Below, in pieces: positions 8,541 to 19,688 of a stretch of 64,000 bases of DNA (position 1 is the first letter of the stretch; every line of letters starts with the position of its first letter). A program made the translations under genes and the position numbers. Source of the DNA: an uncultured Armatimonadetes bacterium. Its GTDB lineage: Bacteria > Armatimonadota > UBA5829 > DTJY01. Below the pieces are notes generated by a model. The model had not been told where the DNA came from. It was given only the letters and a program-made list of their open reading frames with translations, and ran no database searches. Location of the stretch: positions 3,776,001-3,840,000 of the forward strand of contig OY970325.1 in the NCBI GenBank assembly GCA_963717145.1, read 5' to 3'.

Positions 8541-9293
8541 ATGCTACGCGTAGAGGAACTGCAGAAATACTACCGGACGACGCTCGCCGTCGACGGCATC
8601 AGCTTCACCGTCGCCGATGGTGAGATCCTCGGGCTGCTCGGCCCGAACGGCGCGGGGAAGACCACGATCCTGCGCTCGATCGCCGGGGTGATCCAGATCA
8701 CCGCCGGGCGCATCGAGGTCGCCGGGCACGACCTCGCGACCGACGAGACCGCCGCGAAACGAAGCCTCGCGTTCGTTCCCGAAACGCCCAATCCCTACGA
8801 GATGCTCACCGTCTACGAGCACCTCCGGTTCATCGCGATGGCCTACAACACGCTCGACAGGTTCGAGGAGCGGGCGACTTCTCTGCTCGACAAGTTCGAC
8901 CTCGACGAGAAGCGCAACGACCTCGTGGCGACGCTCTCGAAGGGCATGAAGCAGAAGCTCGCGGTGGCGTGCGCATTCATCCATGACGCCCGGGTGGTCC
9001 TCTTCGACGAGCCGCTGATCGGGATCGACCCCAAGGGCGCGCGCGAGTTGAAGAACATGATGCTCGAGGCGAAGGATGCCGGGTGCTCGATCCTGGTAAG
9101 CACGCACATGCTCGATACCGCCGAGCGCCTCTGCGACCGAATACTGATCATCGACCACGGGCACGTCGTCACCGAGGGCACACTGAGCGAGCTTCACGAC
9201 CGCGCGCAGATGGGCGCCGACGCCACTCTCGAGGACATGTTCCTCAAGCTCACGGAAGAGGCAACTCCGGATGAAGGCGCTCCTGTATCTTGA
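8541..9293 (+). CDS. ABC transporter ATP-binding protein
   Basis: GPNGAGKT Walker A, LSKGMKQ signature, LFDEP Walker B and STH. Confidence 0.95.
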   Translation: MLRVEELQKYYRTTLAVDGISFTVADGEILGLLGPNGAGKTTILRSIAGVIQITAGRIEVAGHDLATDETAAKRSLAFVPETPNPYEMLTVYEHLRFIAMAYNTLDRFEERATSLLDKFDLDEKRNDLVATLSKGMKQKLAVACAFIHDARVVLFDEPLIGIDPKGARELKNMMLEAKDAGCSILVSTHMLDTAERLCDRILIIDHGHVVTEGTLSELHDRAQMGADATLEDMFLKLTEEATPDEGAPVS

Positions 9294-10941
9294 GTATCGG
9301 ACAATCGTCAATGAGATCAGGCGCACACTCAGGTCGCCCAGGCGGCTGATACCTGGTCTGATCACGCTGGGGATGCTTCTGTTCCTGTTCCAGCACCGAA
9401 GCGGTTCGCCGAGCAGGCATGCGATGGATCCGCGGGTACTCGATCTCCTGGGGCAACACATCGAGTACGTTCGCCCGGCGGTCTTTGGGCTGGTGACGCT
9501 TCTCTCGTCACTGATCCTTACTGCTGCCTTAGGTCAGAGCCTGATCGCCTTCCGCCAGAACGAACTCGACTACCTGGTGCCGAGCGGGCTCGACCGCAGA
9601 CTGATTATGGGGTCGAAGCTGCTGGGCCTGATGTCGAAGGTCCTTGGTCTTCCGGCGGTCTTTGCCATTATGTGGCTGCCTTCCGTGCGGTCCGTCCTTG
9701 CGGGAAAGGGCGCGGTCGTCTGGCCGGCATTCATCGGTTTCTGCGCATTCGGCTTCTTCTTCCTGAGTCTGTATACGCTGGTCAACCTGATAGGCGCATA
9801 TCGGCCGGGCGGGAAGTGGTGGGCATCGCTCCTGGTTCGAGGCCTGGCGGTCTCGGCAGTGGGGTTTCCGTTCATTCTCGCGCTTGGCGGCTGGCTGCTG
9901 GCGGGCAACCCCCTGGTCTACCTGCTCCCGGCGCTCAGGAGTCCGATTACTACGACGGCATTCTTCCCGGTGAAGTGGCTCACCGACCTGCTGCTTGCCG
10001 TAGTGACCGGATGGAGCCCAGTATTGACCGCCGAACTCGCGGGACTGGTGCTCCTCGCCGGAGTCGTGTTCGCCGCCACAATCAGTCGGAAGGAGAACCC
10101 ATACGAGCCGTCCCTGACCTCCTCCGCAGGGCTGGTCGCCGTTATGGTCGCATCTCATTCTGGGGAGCTGCAAGCACTCGCGGCACGGGTAAGGGATGCC
10201 GAGCTTAGGAAGATCAAGCCGGCGCGGACGAGCATCCCGCCGTTCGGTCGAGGCGCATGGGCATTCGTGTGGAAGAGCGCAGTCTCCACGCGGAGGGGCT
10301 ACTTCAACGCCTGCGTGGGCATCTTGCTGGTGATTGTGGTTCTCATTGCTGTGCCGAAGATCGTGATGGCGGCACTCGGCGAGCATTCGGACTCGACGCC
10401 GTCCGCGATGGTGGCGTTATGCCTCCTGCCCATACTTATCATGTTCGGATCGCTCGCAGCCATGCACGAACTGCGCGCGGACCTGAAGCAGGCGAACATC
10501 GTGAAGCCGATGCCGATCGCGGCCTGGCAGATCATGGCGGCTGAGACCGCTCATGCGACCGGTCTACTGTCGCTTGCGGCGTGGGTAGTCCTGGCCGAGC
10601 TTGCCGCCCTGTACGGAGTACCGCACAACGGGTCGATGCTCGTCATCGCACTGACCGTCCCGTTCGTCATCGCGGCATGCTCATGCGTCCAAGTACCGAT
10701 ATCCGTGATCTATCCAGACTGGGAAGAGGCCACTTCCCAGTCCACCGGCAGCGGGTTGACAATCCTGCTGACGGTCTCGGTGCTCGGCTTCTCGCTGCTG
10801 ATAGGAACGGGTCTCTGGGGACTCGGGCTTTGGCGGCCTGCGGTCGCGCTGGCGTTGATACTGTTTTGCTCAGCAATGTCGATTGCCGGCACGGCGGTCG
10901 GCACCTTTCTGTTCCAGCGCTACGACCCGACCAACGAATGA
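9271..10941 (+). CDS. Putative ABC exporter permease
   Basis: Multi-TM protein overlapping the ATPase stop; paralogous to the next gene (RKENPYEPSL, PPFGRGA, LKQ.NI.KPMPI). Confidence 0.8.
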   Translation: MKALLYLEYRTIVNEIRRTLRSPRRLIPGLITLGMLLFLFQHRSGSPSRHAMDPRVLDLLGQHIEYVRPAVFGLVTLLSSLILTAALGQSLIAFRQNELDYLVPSGLDRRLIMGSKLLGLMSKVLGLPAVFAIMWLPSVRSVLAGKGAVVWPAFIGFCAFGFFFLSLYTLVNLIGAYRPGGKWWASLLVRGLAVSAVGFPFILALGGWLLAGNPLVYLLPALRSPITTTAFFPVKWLTDLLLAVVTGWSPVLTAELAGLVLLAGVVFAATISRKENPYEPSLTSSAGLVAVMVASHSGELQALAARVRDAELRKIKPARTSIPPFGRGAWAFVWKSAVSTRRGYFNACVGILLVIVVLIAVPKIVMAALGEHSDSTPSAMVALCLLPILIMFGSLAAMHELRADLKQANIVKPMPIAAWQIMAAETAHATGLLSLAAWVVLAELAALYGVPHNGSMLVIALTVPFVIAACSCVQVPISVIYPDWEEATSQSTGSGLTILLTVSVLGFSLLIGTGLWGLGLWRPAVALALILFCSAMSIAGTAVGTFLFQRYDPTNE

Positions 10942-10953
10942 TGGAGAACTAAC

Positions 10954-12615
10954 GTGTCCAGTGCGCTCTTCTACCTGCAATACCGGCAGCTCGCGAACCT
11001 GGCGAGGATCACCCTGCGGACGCCCAAGCGGCTGATCCCCGTCGTGCTGGGCGTCATCTACCTGCTGTTCTTCACGGTCGGCCAGGTTGCGCTCCGCAGC
11101 ATGGGCCACGGAATGCGTCACCCGACGCCGATGATGATGTCCTCCGTAGACGCCATTCAGTCCGGCCTGCTGTTTCTCGCGATCATGCTGTCACTGTCGA
11201 AGCTACACCAAGCCTTCTCCGAGAGCATGATCATCTTCACACCGGCGGAGATGGACGTGCTGATCTCGATGCCGATCAAGCGCCGAACCATACTGGCGAT
11301 CAAGCTCGCGGGCGTCTACGCGAAGTTCGGGATCTACATCGCATTCATCGGCGTCTTCACGGTCCCCCAGATGATGGCAGCCATCGGGACGGCGTCTCCG
11401 ATTCTGGCGCTCCTCGGCTGGCTGGCGATGGTGCTCTATGCCGCGACGGTCGTCAACCTCGCGACGGTGATCAACCTGATCGTCGCCTGCAGCAACGAGG
11501 ACAAGTGGTGGCAGAAGACGCTGGTCCGCGCCCTGATTCTCGGCCTCCTGCTGCTGGCATCGGTGACGGTCTACTCCGAGCTGTCGCGCACCGGGAGCAT
11601 CATTGCCGCCCTCGCCGCGTTGGTGCGCCAGCCGGTGCTGATCTGGCTCGCGGCCCCGGCGGTCTGGGCGACGGGACTCGGGGTATCGGTGTTCCGCGGA
11701 TGGCAGCCGGCCTTCGCGTGGCAGTTGGGCCTCCTGGCGGCTCTGGCATACGGGACGATGGCCATGGTTCTCGCGCGGAAGGAGAACCCGTACGAGCCGT
11801 CGCTTGCCGTGAGCGCCCGCACGGCGCTTATCAAGACAGCCATGAAGTCAGGAGGAATGTCCGCGGTCCGCGCCGAACTGATGCGTAACCGGAAGAGGTC
11901 GTCAGCCGCCACGATCGTCCCCCCGTTCGGCCGTGGCGCAACCGCGATCCTGTGGAAGAACATGGTCGGTTCGATGCGCACGAGCCGCTCAGGGATCATC
12001 GGCGCCGTCATACTGCTGCCCGCGCTCGCGTTGATCCTCCGCCTCACCGTCCGGGACAAGGGATTGTTCGAGTTCGCGCCGGAGGTGATGACGGGCGCTG
12101 CGTTGTATGTATTGTGGATCATGTCCATGGTGATGCAGCAGACTCTCCGCGCCAACCTGAAGCAGGTGAACATCCTGAAGCCGATGCCGATCTCCGCCTG
12201 GTGGCTCATGGTCGCCGAGACCGCCAACGCCGGGCTCATGGTATGCGGCTTCGTATGGCTGCTCTTCGGATCGGCGATCTTCATCCTCGGAGCGCCGGCT
12301 TCGAGCCAGATGATCATCTCGGGCCTCTCGCTTCCATTCGTGGCCTATGCTTCGATCTGCTCGCAAACGACTGTCGCGGTTCTCTATCCGAACTGGCAGG
12401 ACATATCGCAGCAGTGGATCGCCGGTCTGCTCAGCATGGGGCTGAGCGCACTGAGCATCGGCCCTCCGGTGGCGATCGGGGTGATCATGTGGTACGTGCA
12501 CGTTCCCCCGGCGATCGCGGCGCCGGTCGTGATCGCCACGGCACTCGGCCTGGCGCTGGGTGGAATCACGCTCGGAGCGGCTACCTACCGACGCCACGAT
12601 CCTACCGGTGAATAG
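10954..12615 (+). CDS. Putative ABC exporter permease (paralogue)
   Basis: Multi-TM protein with the same motifs and a similar DPTxE C-terminus. Confidence 0.8.
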   Translation: MSSALFYLQYRQLANLARITLRTPKRLIPVVLGVIYLLFFTVGQVALRSMGHGMRHPTPMMMSSVDAIQSGLLFLAIMLSLSKLHQAFSESMIIFTPAEMDVLISMPIKRRTILAIKLAGVYAKFGIYIAFIGVFTVPQMMAAIGTASPILALLGWLAMVLYAATVVNLATVINLIVACSNEDKWWQKTLVRALILGLLLLASVTVYSELSRTGSIIAALAALVRQPVLIWLAAPAVWATGLGVSVFRGWQPAFAWQLGLLAALAYGTMAMVLARKENPYEPSLAVSARTALIKTAMKSGGMSAVRAELMRNRKRSSAATIVPPFGRGATAILWKNMVGSMRTSRSGIIGAVILLPALALILRLTVRDKGLFEFAPEVMTGAALYVLWIMSMVMQQTLRANLKQVNILKPMPISAWWLMVAETANAGLMVCGFVWLLFGSAIFILGAPASSQMIISGLSLPFVAYASICSQTTVAVLYPNWQDISQQWIAGLLSMGLSALSIGPPVAIGVIMWYVHVPPAIAAPVVIATALGLALGGITLGAATYRRHDPTGE

Positions 12616-12837
12616 CCCTGACTCGGATGGAACCTTCCTGCGGCTTTGCTCGCAGATAAAATATTACTCCGACAGGCGATCCGGGGGTCTCGGCTGTGGT
12701 ATAATATCGTAAGGAGACCCCGCTATAGCAGACTTCGTTCACAAGACATTCACGAAAGATTACCAGGTGTGGCATAATACTGGTGGGCTTTGCCGATCGA
12801 ATGTGAGCACCATCGAGAGGGTAAGAGAACACTCGCC

Positions 12838-15800
12838 ATGAGAAGCGTTTTCATTCTGATACTGATAGCCCTCGCCTCCCTGCCATCTAATGGAGCGGTC
12901 ACCTACGTCGATGCGGCCGCCACTGGCGCGAACGACGGATCATCATGGGCGAACGCGTTTGACACCATCCAGGCTGGAGTAGACGCGGCCAATGCCTCAG
13001 GCGGTGGCGAGGTCTGGGTCAAAGCGGGCACTTATAGCGGATGCACCAATGCGAATCCATCCGACAGCTTTGAAGCGCTCGACCCCAATGCAGTTGACAT
13101 CATGGGGGAAGAGAAGGACCTCTACTACACCACGAACGGCACACGGCTCTATGCTCACATCACTATGGCGTTCCTCACCGGTTCTGTGACTGTGGCTGGA
13201 ACATTGCCAGGGTTTGGCAGCACAACGGACGTGAATTCCTTTACGGCGCGTCTATTGGATCTGCGCGATGCAAATCCGGACGCTCTCCTTTTTGTCAATC
13301 ACCCCTCTGATGGCGCCCGGACCATACAGACCCCTGATCTGCTCGAAGCGGCGAATGCCGGCGTACTTCGTGTGATGGAGCTTCTGCGGCAACGTCCGGA
13401 CGACCTCGTGAAGTGGGACTACCTGCTCGCCAATCTCGATGACCAGGCCGGAGACTGCAGCAAGATGGTGTGGGGCATATGCTCCGCCGACCTGCACCAT
13501 GCGGTTGCTATAGACTACAAAGTGAAGCCCAGCATGATTGGCATGATTCCTACAGTCGATCAGGACCCCGCCTACAGTAATCGCAGGCTCGCATTCGCAG
13601 ACATGATTCGTCGAGGCAGCATGGTGTCCATGGCAACAAACTTCAGATGCGGCATGCCCACGTATTCGATGGAGAGTTCGGAGGGGACCGCCGCAAGCAT
13701 TAACGTAAGCATGCAGGCCGACAATATCGGCGGTGCGCCCTGGGTAGAGATGCGTTTCTATGGCTGCGATTGGCAGACTGGAACCCAACCCGGTACTCTG
13801 CTGTACACCAAGCGCATGAATTTCGGAAGCGTTGAGTCCGTAACCTACTATCTGACGCAGACGGGAGCCGTGGGTGGGATTCCGCTGACTGCTCAGCAGA
13901 AGGCGAATATCAAGTATATTCGACCGATGCTGGCTACCAGCGCAAGCGCCTATCAACACACTTACATGCAGCCGGTCAGGATTAGAAGCACGGGAAGCTG
14001 GTGGAACGGTCCAGCCGTCACCCTTGCCGGGCATCAGGCAACCGTGGGCCCGTCACCATATCCGTCAGGCGGCGACGATACGGGAGCAACAGTCTTCTTC
14101 AACACCCATTCGCATACTCTTGGTTCGGACGGCGACTCTGCGCCCCCATCGGTAAGAAGGGCGTATTGGGATATGTTCCGTGTCCTGGGCGGGCCTGAGG
14201 CTCTGTCTTTCGACATCGTTACCGACCACGAGGCTAGAACGCCCTTCTGCTTAGCCACGAGCAGCGTTGTCGCGCTCAAAGAGGGAGTGCACCTATATGG
14301 GGGATTCGCGGGCGATGAGACCAGCAAGGACCAGCGCGACTGGCAGGTGAACCATAGCATCATAGACGCCCAGAACCTGGGAAGGTGCATCTACTGCAAC
14401 GCAAACGATTGGACAGACCGGGCCAACGCCACGATTGACGGTTTTGTGCTGAAAAGAGGACGAGTAGACGAGGACTGCGGAGGCGGTCTGTGTAACTGGA
14501 AGTCCTCGATGGCTGTTCGTAATTGCACCTTCAGTGAGAACTTTGGGACGTTCGGAGGCGCTATGAGCAACTCCTCCGGCACTCCGAGTATCACTGATTG
14601 CGTATTCTCGGCCAACCAGAATTTCGTCTACGGCAGTCGCGGCGGCGCTATAATGAATGACGCATTCGCGAAGGCTTCGATCACTCGCTGCACCTTCCAG
14701 GGCAATTGTGCTCGCAGAGCCGGCGCAGTATTCGAGGGAGGAACAGAATCAATTATAACGGACTGTGATTTCGTGGGAAACACCGCCGTCAATACAACCG
14801 GATGGATCGGATATCATGGCCTCGGTGGAGCAATATATTGCCTCAGGTCCACTACCAAGATTACGAATTGCCGATTCGAGGGCAACAACAGCGCCACGAT
14901 CGGGAACTGCCGGGGCGGAGCGGTCTACGTCGAGGACAAACCATCACCCACATTCGAGCGTTGTACATTCACCGGTAACTCCGTGACTGGACCCAACGGT
15001 CGCGGGGGAGCCATGTACATTTGGCTGTCTACCCCGAAGGTACTCGGCTGCGTTTTCACCGGCAACTCAGCGCCGGCCAATGCCGGCCTGGGGGGCGCAG
15101 TCTATGTCGACGGTCTACCCGGAGCCATTGTCAACTGGAATACCTTCGTGGCAAACACCGCCCTGCAGGGTGGCGGGATATACACCATCAACTCCTCGCC
15201 CTTGATCGCCAACAACATCGTAGCTTTCAACTCCACAGGGATCGAGCGCAGCGGCGAGTCGCCCACGCTCAAGAACAATGACTTCTTCGGCAACACCATA
15301 GACTACGTTGGGATCGGCGCAGGCAGTGGAGATATCTCCGCGGATCCGCTGTTCGTCGACAAGGAAGCGCGCAACTACCACCTCACGGCCGTCTCACCAT
15401 GCATCAATGCCGGGACTAGTGTGCCCGATGTGCCGGCGTTTGACATGGACGGCGAGGGAAGGATCTACGGCTCGGCGAGGGATATCGGAGCGGATGAGTA
15501 CTGGTCGACCACGGTCCCTCTGACTGCGATCAAGACACTCGCGGATGAGACGGACGCTTGCCTGGAAGGTCTGACCGTCAGTGCCGTGTTCGATGACTTC
15601 TTCTACGTCGAGGCCGGGGACAGATCATCCGGTATCCGGGTGAACAAGGAAGATCACGATGCCCAGATCGGGATGACCGTCAAGGTCTGCGGCACTGTGA
15701 GGACGAATGACGATGGAGAGAGGTACATCGAGGCCGATACAGCCTCGGAAGATGGAGAGGGCACTGTCAATTCTCTATTCCTGCTTAGCCGCAGCATCGG

Positions 15801-16122
15801 CGGTGGGGATTGGATGTATGATCCGGCTACGGGGACCGGTCAGAAGGGCATCGCGGGCGCCGTGGATCTGAATAACATCGGCCTCCTCGTAAGCACCAGC
15901 GGGCGAGTGACCTATTCCTGCGCCAGCTACTTCTACATCGACGACGGCTCGGCGCTCCAAGACGGCTCGGGGTATCTCGGCGTCAGAGTCCTGCCGTATG
16001 ACCTCGCCGTTCCTCCCGCAACTGCTCGAGTCCGGGTAACTGGGGTCAGTTCATGTTTCAAGCTGAACGGTAACATACGCCGCCTCATTAGAGCTACCAG
16101 CTTGGTGGACTACGGGCAGTAA
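12838..16122 (+). CDS. Secreted protein: right-handed beta-helix with inserted circularly permuted PHP domain and conserved C-terminal module
   Basis: Signal peptide; YVD...DGSSWANAFDTIQAG; PHP motifs; FxxNxA...GGAI repeats; DPLF...DIGADE; LNNIGLLV. Confidence 0.8.
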   Translation: MRSVFILILIALASLPSNGAVTYVDAAATGANDGSSWANAFDTIQAGVDAANASGGGEVWVKAGTYSGCTNANPSDSFEALDPNAVDIMGEEKDLYYTTNGTRLYAHITMAFLTGSVTVAGTLPGFGSTTDVNSFTARLLDLRDANPDALLFVNHPSDGARTIQTPDLLEAANAGVLRVMELLRQRPDDLVKWDYLLANLDDQAGDCSKMVWGICSADLHHAVAIDYKVKPSMIGMIPTVDQDPAYSNRRLAFADMIRRGSMVSMATNFRCGMPTYSMESSEGTAASINVSMQADNIGGAPWVEMRFYGCDWQTGTQPGTLLYTKRMNFGSVESVTYYLTQTGAVGGIPLTAQQKANIKYIRPMLATSASAYQHTYMQPVRIRSTGSWWNGPAVTLAGHQATVGPSPYPSGGDDTGATVFFNTHSHTLGSDGDSAPPSVRRAYWDMFRVLGGPEALSFDIVTDHEARTPFCLATSSVVALKEGVHLYGGFAGDETSKDQRDWQVNHSIIDAQNLGRCIYCNANDWTDRANATIDGFVLKRGRVDEDCGGGLCNWKSSMAVRNCTFSENFGTFGGAMSNSSGTPSITDCVFSANQNFVYGSRGGAIMNDAFAKASITRCTFQGNCARRAGAVFEGGTESIITDCDFVGNTAVNTTGWIGYHGLGGAIYCLRSTTKITNCRFEGNNSATIGNCRGGAVYVEDKPSPTFERCTFTGNSVTGPNGRGGAMYIWLSTPKVLGCVFTGNSAPANAGLGGAVYVDGLPGAIVNWNTFVANTALQGGGIYTINSSPLIANNIVAFNSTGIERSGESPTLKNNDFFGNTIDYVGIGAGSGDISADPLFVDKEARNYHLTAVSPCINAGTSVPDVPAFDMDGEGRIYGSARDIGADEYWSTTVPLTAIKTLADETDACLEGLTVSAVFDDFFYVEAGDRSSGIRVNKEDHDAQIGMTVKVCGTVRTNDDGERYIEADTASEDGEGTVNSLFLLSRSIGGGDWMYDPATGTGQKGIAGAVDLNNIGLLVSTSGRVTYSCASYFYIDDGSALQDGSGYLGVRVLPYDLAVPPATARVRVTGVSSCFKLNGNIRRLIRATSLVDYGQ

Positions 16123-16181
16123 GCCGGATCTGCCCTGACTCGCCCTGCTCCCTGCGATTCCATTTCCCCCCCCGAAATGCG

Positions 16182-16210
16182 TTGACTATTTGAACGAATG
16201 CAGGTAGAAA
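16182..16210 (+). promoter_or_regulatory. Sigma70-type promoter
   Basis: TTGACT-N17-TAGAAA upstream of the 16241 start. Confidence 0.5.
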
Positions 16211-16240
16211 TAGCAGTGGCAGACGCATAATCCTCAAACC

Positions 16241-19200
16241 ATGATACGACGACTCGGCACTCACTTTGTCATACTCGTCCTCCTGCTTGTCGCGCTGGGA
16301 ACGGCTCGACCGTCGGTCTTCTACGTCTCCCGCGACGCTACCGGAGCGAATACCGGCCTCTCCTGGCAGGACGCGTTCACCACCATCCAGGCAGGCATCG
16401 ACGCCGCGGATTCGGCGGGTGGCGGCGACGTATGGGTCAAGTCCGGCATATACAGCGGTTTCACTTCGACTCCCACCACCGACCGATTCGAACTCCGAGA
16501 TCCGAGGGCGGTCGACGTGATAGGCGAAGAGCGGAATTTCGTCCTACACCTCATCCGGGTCGCTGATGACATGCCATCTCACCGTCCTGTATATCGAGGG
16601 CGAGCGCTCCGTAGTCATCCCGCCCGCGACGTTCGGCCCGACGACGGATCAGGACTCGTTCGCAGACCGGCTGGCGGCGATGATGCATGGCCCGACGGAT
16701 GTGCTGGTTTTCGCGAACCACCCGAGTATGAGCGTGGGCGCGGGCGACACCAGGATCGCGGTGGAGGACCTCACGAGCGCGGCGAATGCCTCTGCCCTGG
16801 ATGCCATGGAGATCAAGGGCGACGAGGACGTCGTGAAGTGGGATTACATACTCGCCCATCTCGACGATCAATCCGCTGACTGCCGCAAGATCATCTGGGG
16901 ACTGCGTGCCGACGACCAGCACCGCATCGCGCAGATCGACTACAGGACCTACGGTGTCATGATGGGCTGCATCCCGACTGAGAGCCAGGATTCCGTCTAC
17001 GCCGATAGAAGGCTGGCGCTCAAGGACATGATCCGCAGGGGCAGCTTCGTCTCCCTGCCCCCCAACTCGAAGTGCGGGATGCCCTCGTACACCTTCGAGA
17101 GCGTGGGTGGCAGTGCGAGCCGGATGCAGGTCAGGGTCTACATGGAGAACATCGGAGGCGCGACCTCGGCGAACATCCGCTTCTACGGCTGCGACTATGC
17201 CACGGGGAACACCCCAGGCACGCTGCTTTTCACCGCCCCGCTCACACTGAACGCCGACAACACCGCAAGCTACTACCTGACGACCACCGGCACATCGAGC
17301 GGACAGGCTCTCTCCGTCCAGCAGAAGGCGAACATCAAGTACATCAGGCCGGTCATCACCTGGCTGGGACCGGAGCCGCGAGGCCTACCTGCAGCCGGTG
17401 AGGATTCGCACGAACGGCAACTGGTGGAATGGCCCGGCGCACACCCTTGCAGGCGCACAGGGCGTCATCGGACCGTCTCCGTATCCGGTCGGCGGCACGG
17501 ACACCGGCGAGACGATCTACTTCGACACGCACGACCACACAACGGCTTCGGATGGCGACTCATCGCCTTCAGCGATGCGCGCGAAGTACTGGGACAACCT
17601 CGGAGAGATCGATCCCACGAAGCCGAGGTTCGCCGTCATGACGGACCACCAGGCGCGCACTCCCTTCCAGACACCGGTCGCCTCAGTCATCGAGATGAAG
17701 CCTGCCGCGCAGATCTACGGGGGATTCGCCGGCACGGAGACCCTTCGCGACGAGCGCAGTTGGACACTCCGCCCGACGATCATCGATGGCCGGGGGGAGG
17801 GTAGGTGCGTCCTGGCGGATGGGGCTCACTGGGCGGACAAGACCTCAGCGGTCCTCGATGGATTCACTCTGATCAACGGCAAGGCCACCGGCGCCAGCGG
17901 TGGCGGCATGCTGATATACGACTGCGCGCCAACCATAGGTAACTGCACGATCATGGACTGCATGGCGGCCCATGGGGGCGGAGTGTGCGTCTCCTCGGGA
18001 TGCTATCCGCGCATCAGCAATTGCATCATCTATGGCAACCAGGCCGACGGCTTCTACGACGGTGGCGGGGGCATACAGGTGCTCGACTCTATGTTGAACC
18101 TGGATAACTGCACACTCGAAGGGAACTCGGCGAGTTTCGGGGGAGCGATCTCCTGCTACTCATCCCAGCTCTTCATGAGCGATTGCGCGCTGACAGGGAA
18201 CACTTCCAAGAACGGCGGTGGAGGACTCCTCGTATCCGGGTCACATTCTCAGATCATGCGGTGCCGGTTCGCCGGCAACTCGTGCGCGAGTGACGGGGGA
18301 GCGATCAGGAGCACCGGCACGACCATCACGTTACAGGACTGCCGGTTCCTGTACAACTCGGCTGGTCAGGCAACCGGAAAGGGCGGAGGAGTGTACTGCA
18401 ATGGCTCCCTGCAGCTAACGGGATGCCATTTCGCTGCGAACACCGCACACGATGCTGGCGGCATATATCTCGACTCGAACGACTGCGGGGTTCAGAACTG
18501 CATATTCGACGGGAATCAGGCGGCCACCGACCTGGGACGCGGCGGGGCGATCTTCTGCCGAAACCAGGAGCAAGGGCTCGTGGCGCATAACACAATGGTC
18601 GAGAACTCCTCCGGTCGGGGCGGTGCGATCTTCTGCCTCGACTCGGAGGTAACGGTCGCCAACAACATCATGGCATTCAACGTCGGAGGCATCTGCGTCG
18701 AGGGCCGAGCCCCTACCCTTCTGCACAACGATCTGCACTCCAACATGGTAAGCTACGAGGGAATCGGGCCGGGTGAAGGCGACATCTCCGCCGATCCGCA
18801 GTTCGCTGACCGTCCGGCTGATGACTATCGCCTCACCAACGACTCGGAGTGCATCGATGCCGCCACGAATTCGACGCCGGGCCTCCTCGCCCGAGACCTT
18901 GACGGCATATCCCGGCCCTGGGTCCAGACCGTGGACATCGGCGCCTACGAGTTCCGATCGCCGAACGCGGTGCCCAAGTCGATCGCGGATGGAGATCCGG
19001 TCGCGATCGAAGCGTTTGTGGTCACCGCCTCGTTCACGGGCGTCTTCTACATCGAGGCCGATAACCGCAACTTCGGGCTCAGGGTCAGCAAGTCGGATCA
19101 CGGGATCATTGAAGGGATGCGGGCCGATGTCTCAGGCCGCATGAGGACCAACACTGACGGCGAGCGGTACATCGAGGCCGACTCGGTCGTCGCGAATGGC

Positions 19201-19569
19201 GCGGGAACGATCGCCCCGATCGGCATGACCATCCGCGGCATCGGCGGGTCGGAATGGCGGAGTCCCTACGGTGCTGTGGTCGGACAGGCGGGAGTCATGG
19301 GCGGAGCGGGCTTGAACAACGTCGGGCTGCTGATCCGCACATGGGGGACGGTCAAATCCGTGGGCAGCGACTGTCTCTACCTGGACGACGGATCGGCATC
19401 CTGGGACAGCACATACTCGGGCGCTGTCAGGATCATGTGCAATCCGGCGGGATTCGAAGCGGGCGATCGGCTGGAGGTCACTGGCATAAGCTCGTGCTTC
19501 GCCCCGACCGAGGGAACGATCGCGCGCTACGTCCTCACCCGCAGGTCCGAGGATCTCCGACCTCTGTAG
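16241..19569 (+). CDS. Tandem paralogue of 12838-16122, split by two +1 frameshifts (~16544, ~17365)
   Basis: ORFs 16241-16879, 16566-17804 and 17398-19569 together are colinear with the upstream paralogue along its full length. Confidence 0.8.
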
Positions 19570-19599
19570 CGACTGGGGGGAACTCATTCAGGACTGCAG

Positions 19600-19667
19600 T
19601 GTCATTCTGAGCGTAGCGAAGAACCTGGCTCTGCGGAAACAGATTCTTCGCTACGCTCAGAATGACA
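19600..19667. repeat. Short REPIN (GTCATTCTGAGCGTAGCGAAGAA family)
   Basis: TGTCATTCTGAGCGTAGCGAAGAA...TTCTTCGCTACGCTCAGAATGACA between convergent genes. Confidence 0.9.
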
Positions 19668-19688
19668 GCCCCCTAAGGGATTGTCGTT

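Noticed and set aside
13036-14265. Intein as the explanation of the insertion
   Set aside because: No Hint motifs, no C-terminal HN followed by C/S/T and no LAGLIDADG motifs; PHP-type metal motifs are present instead.
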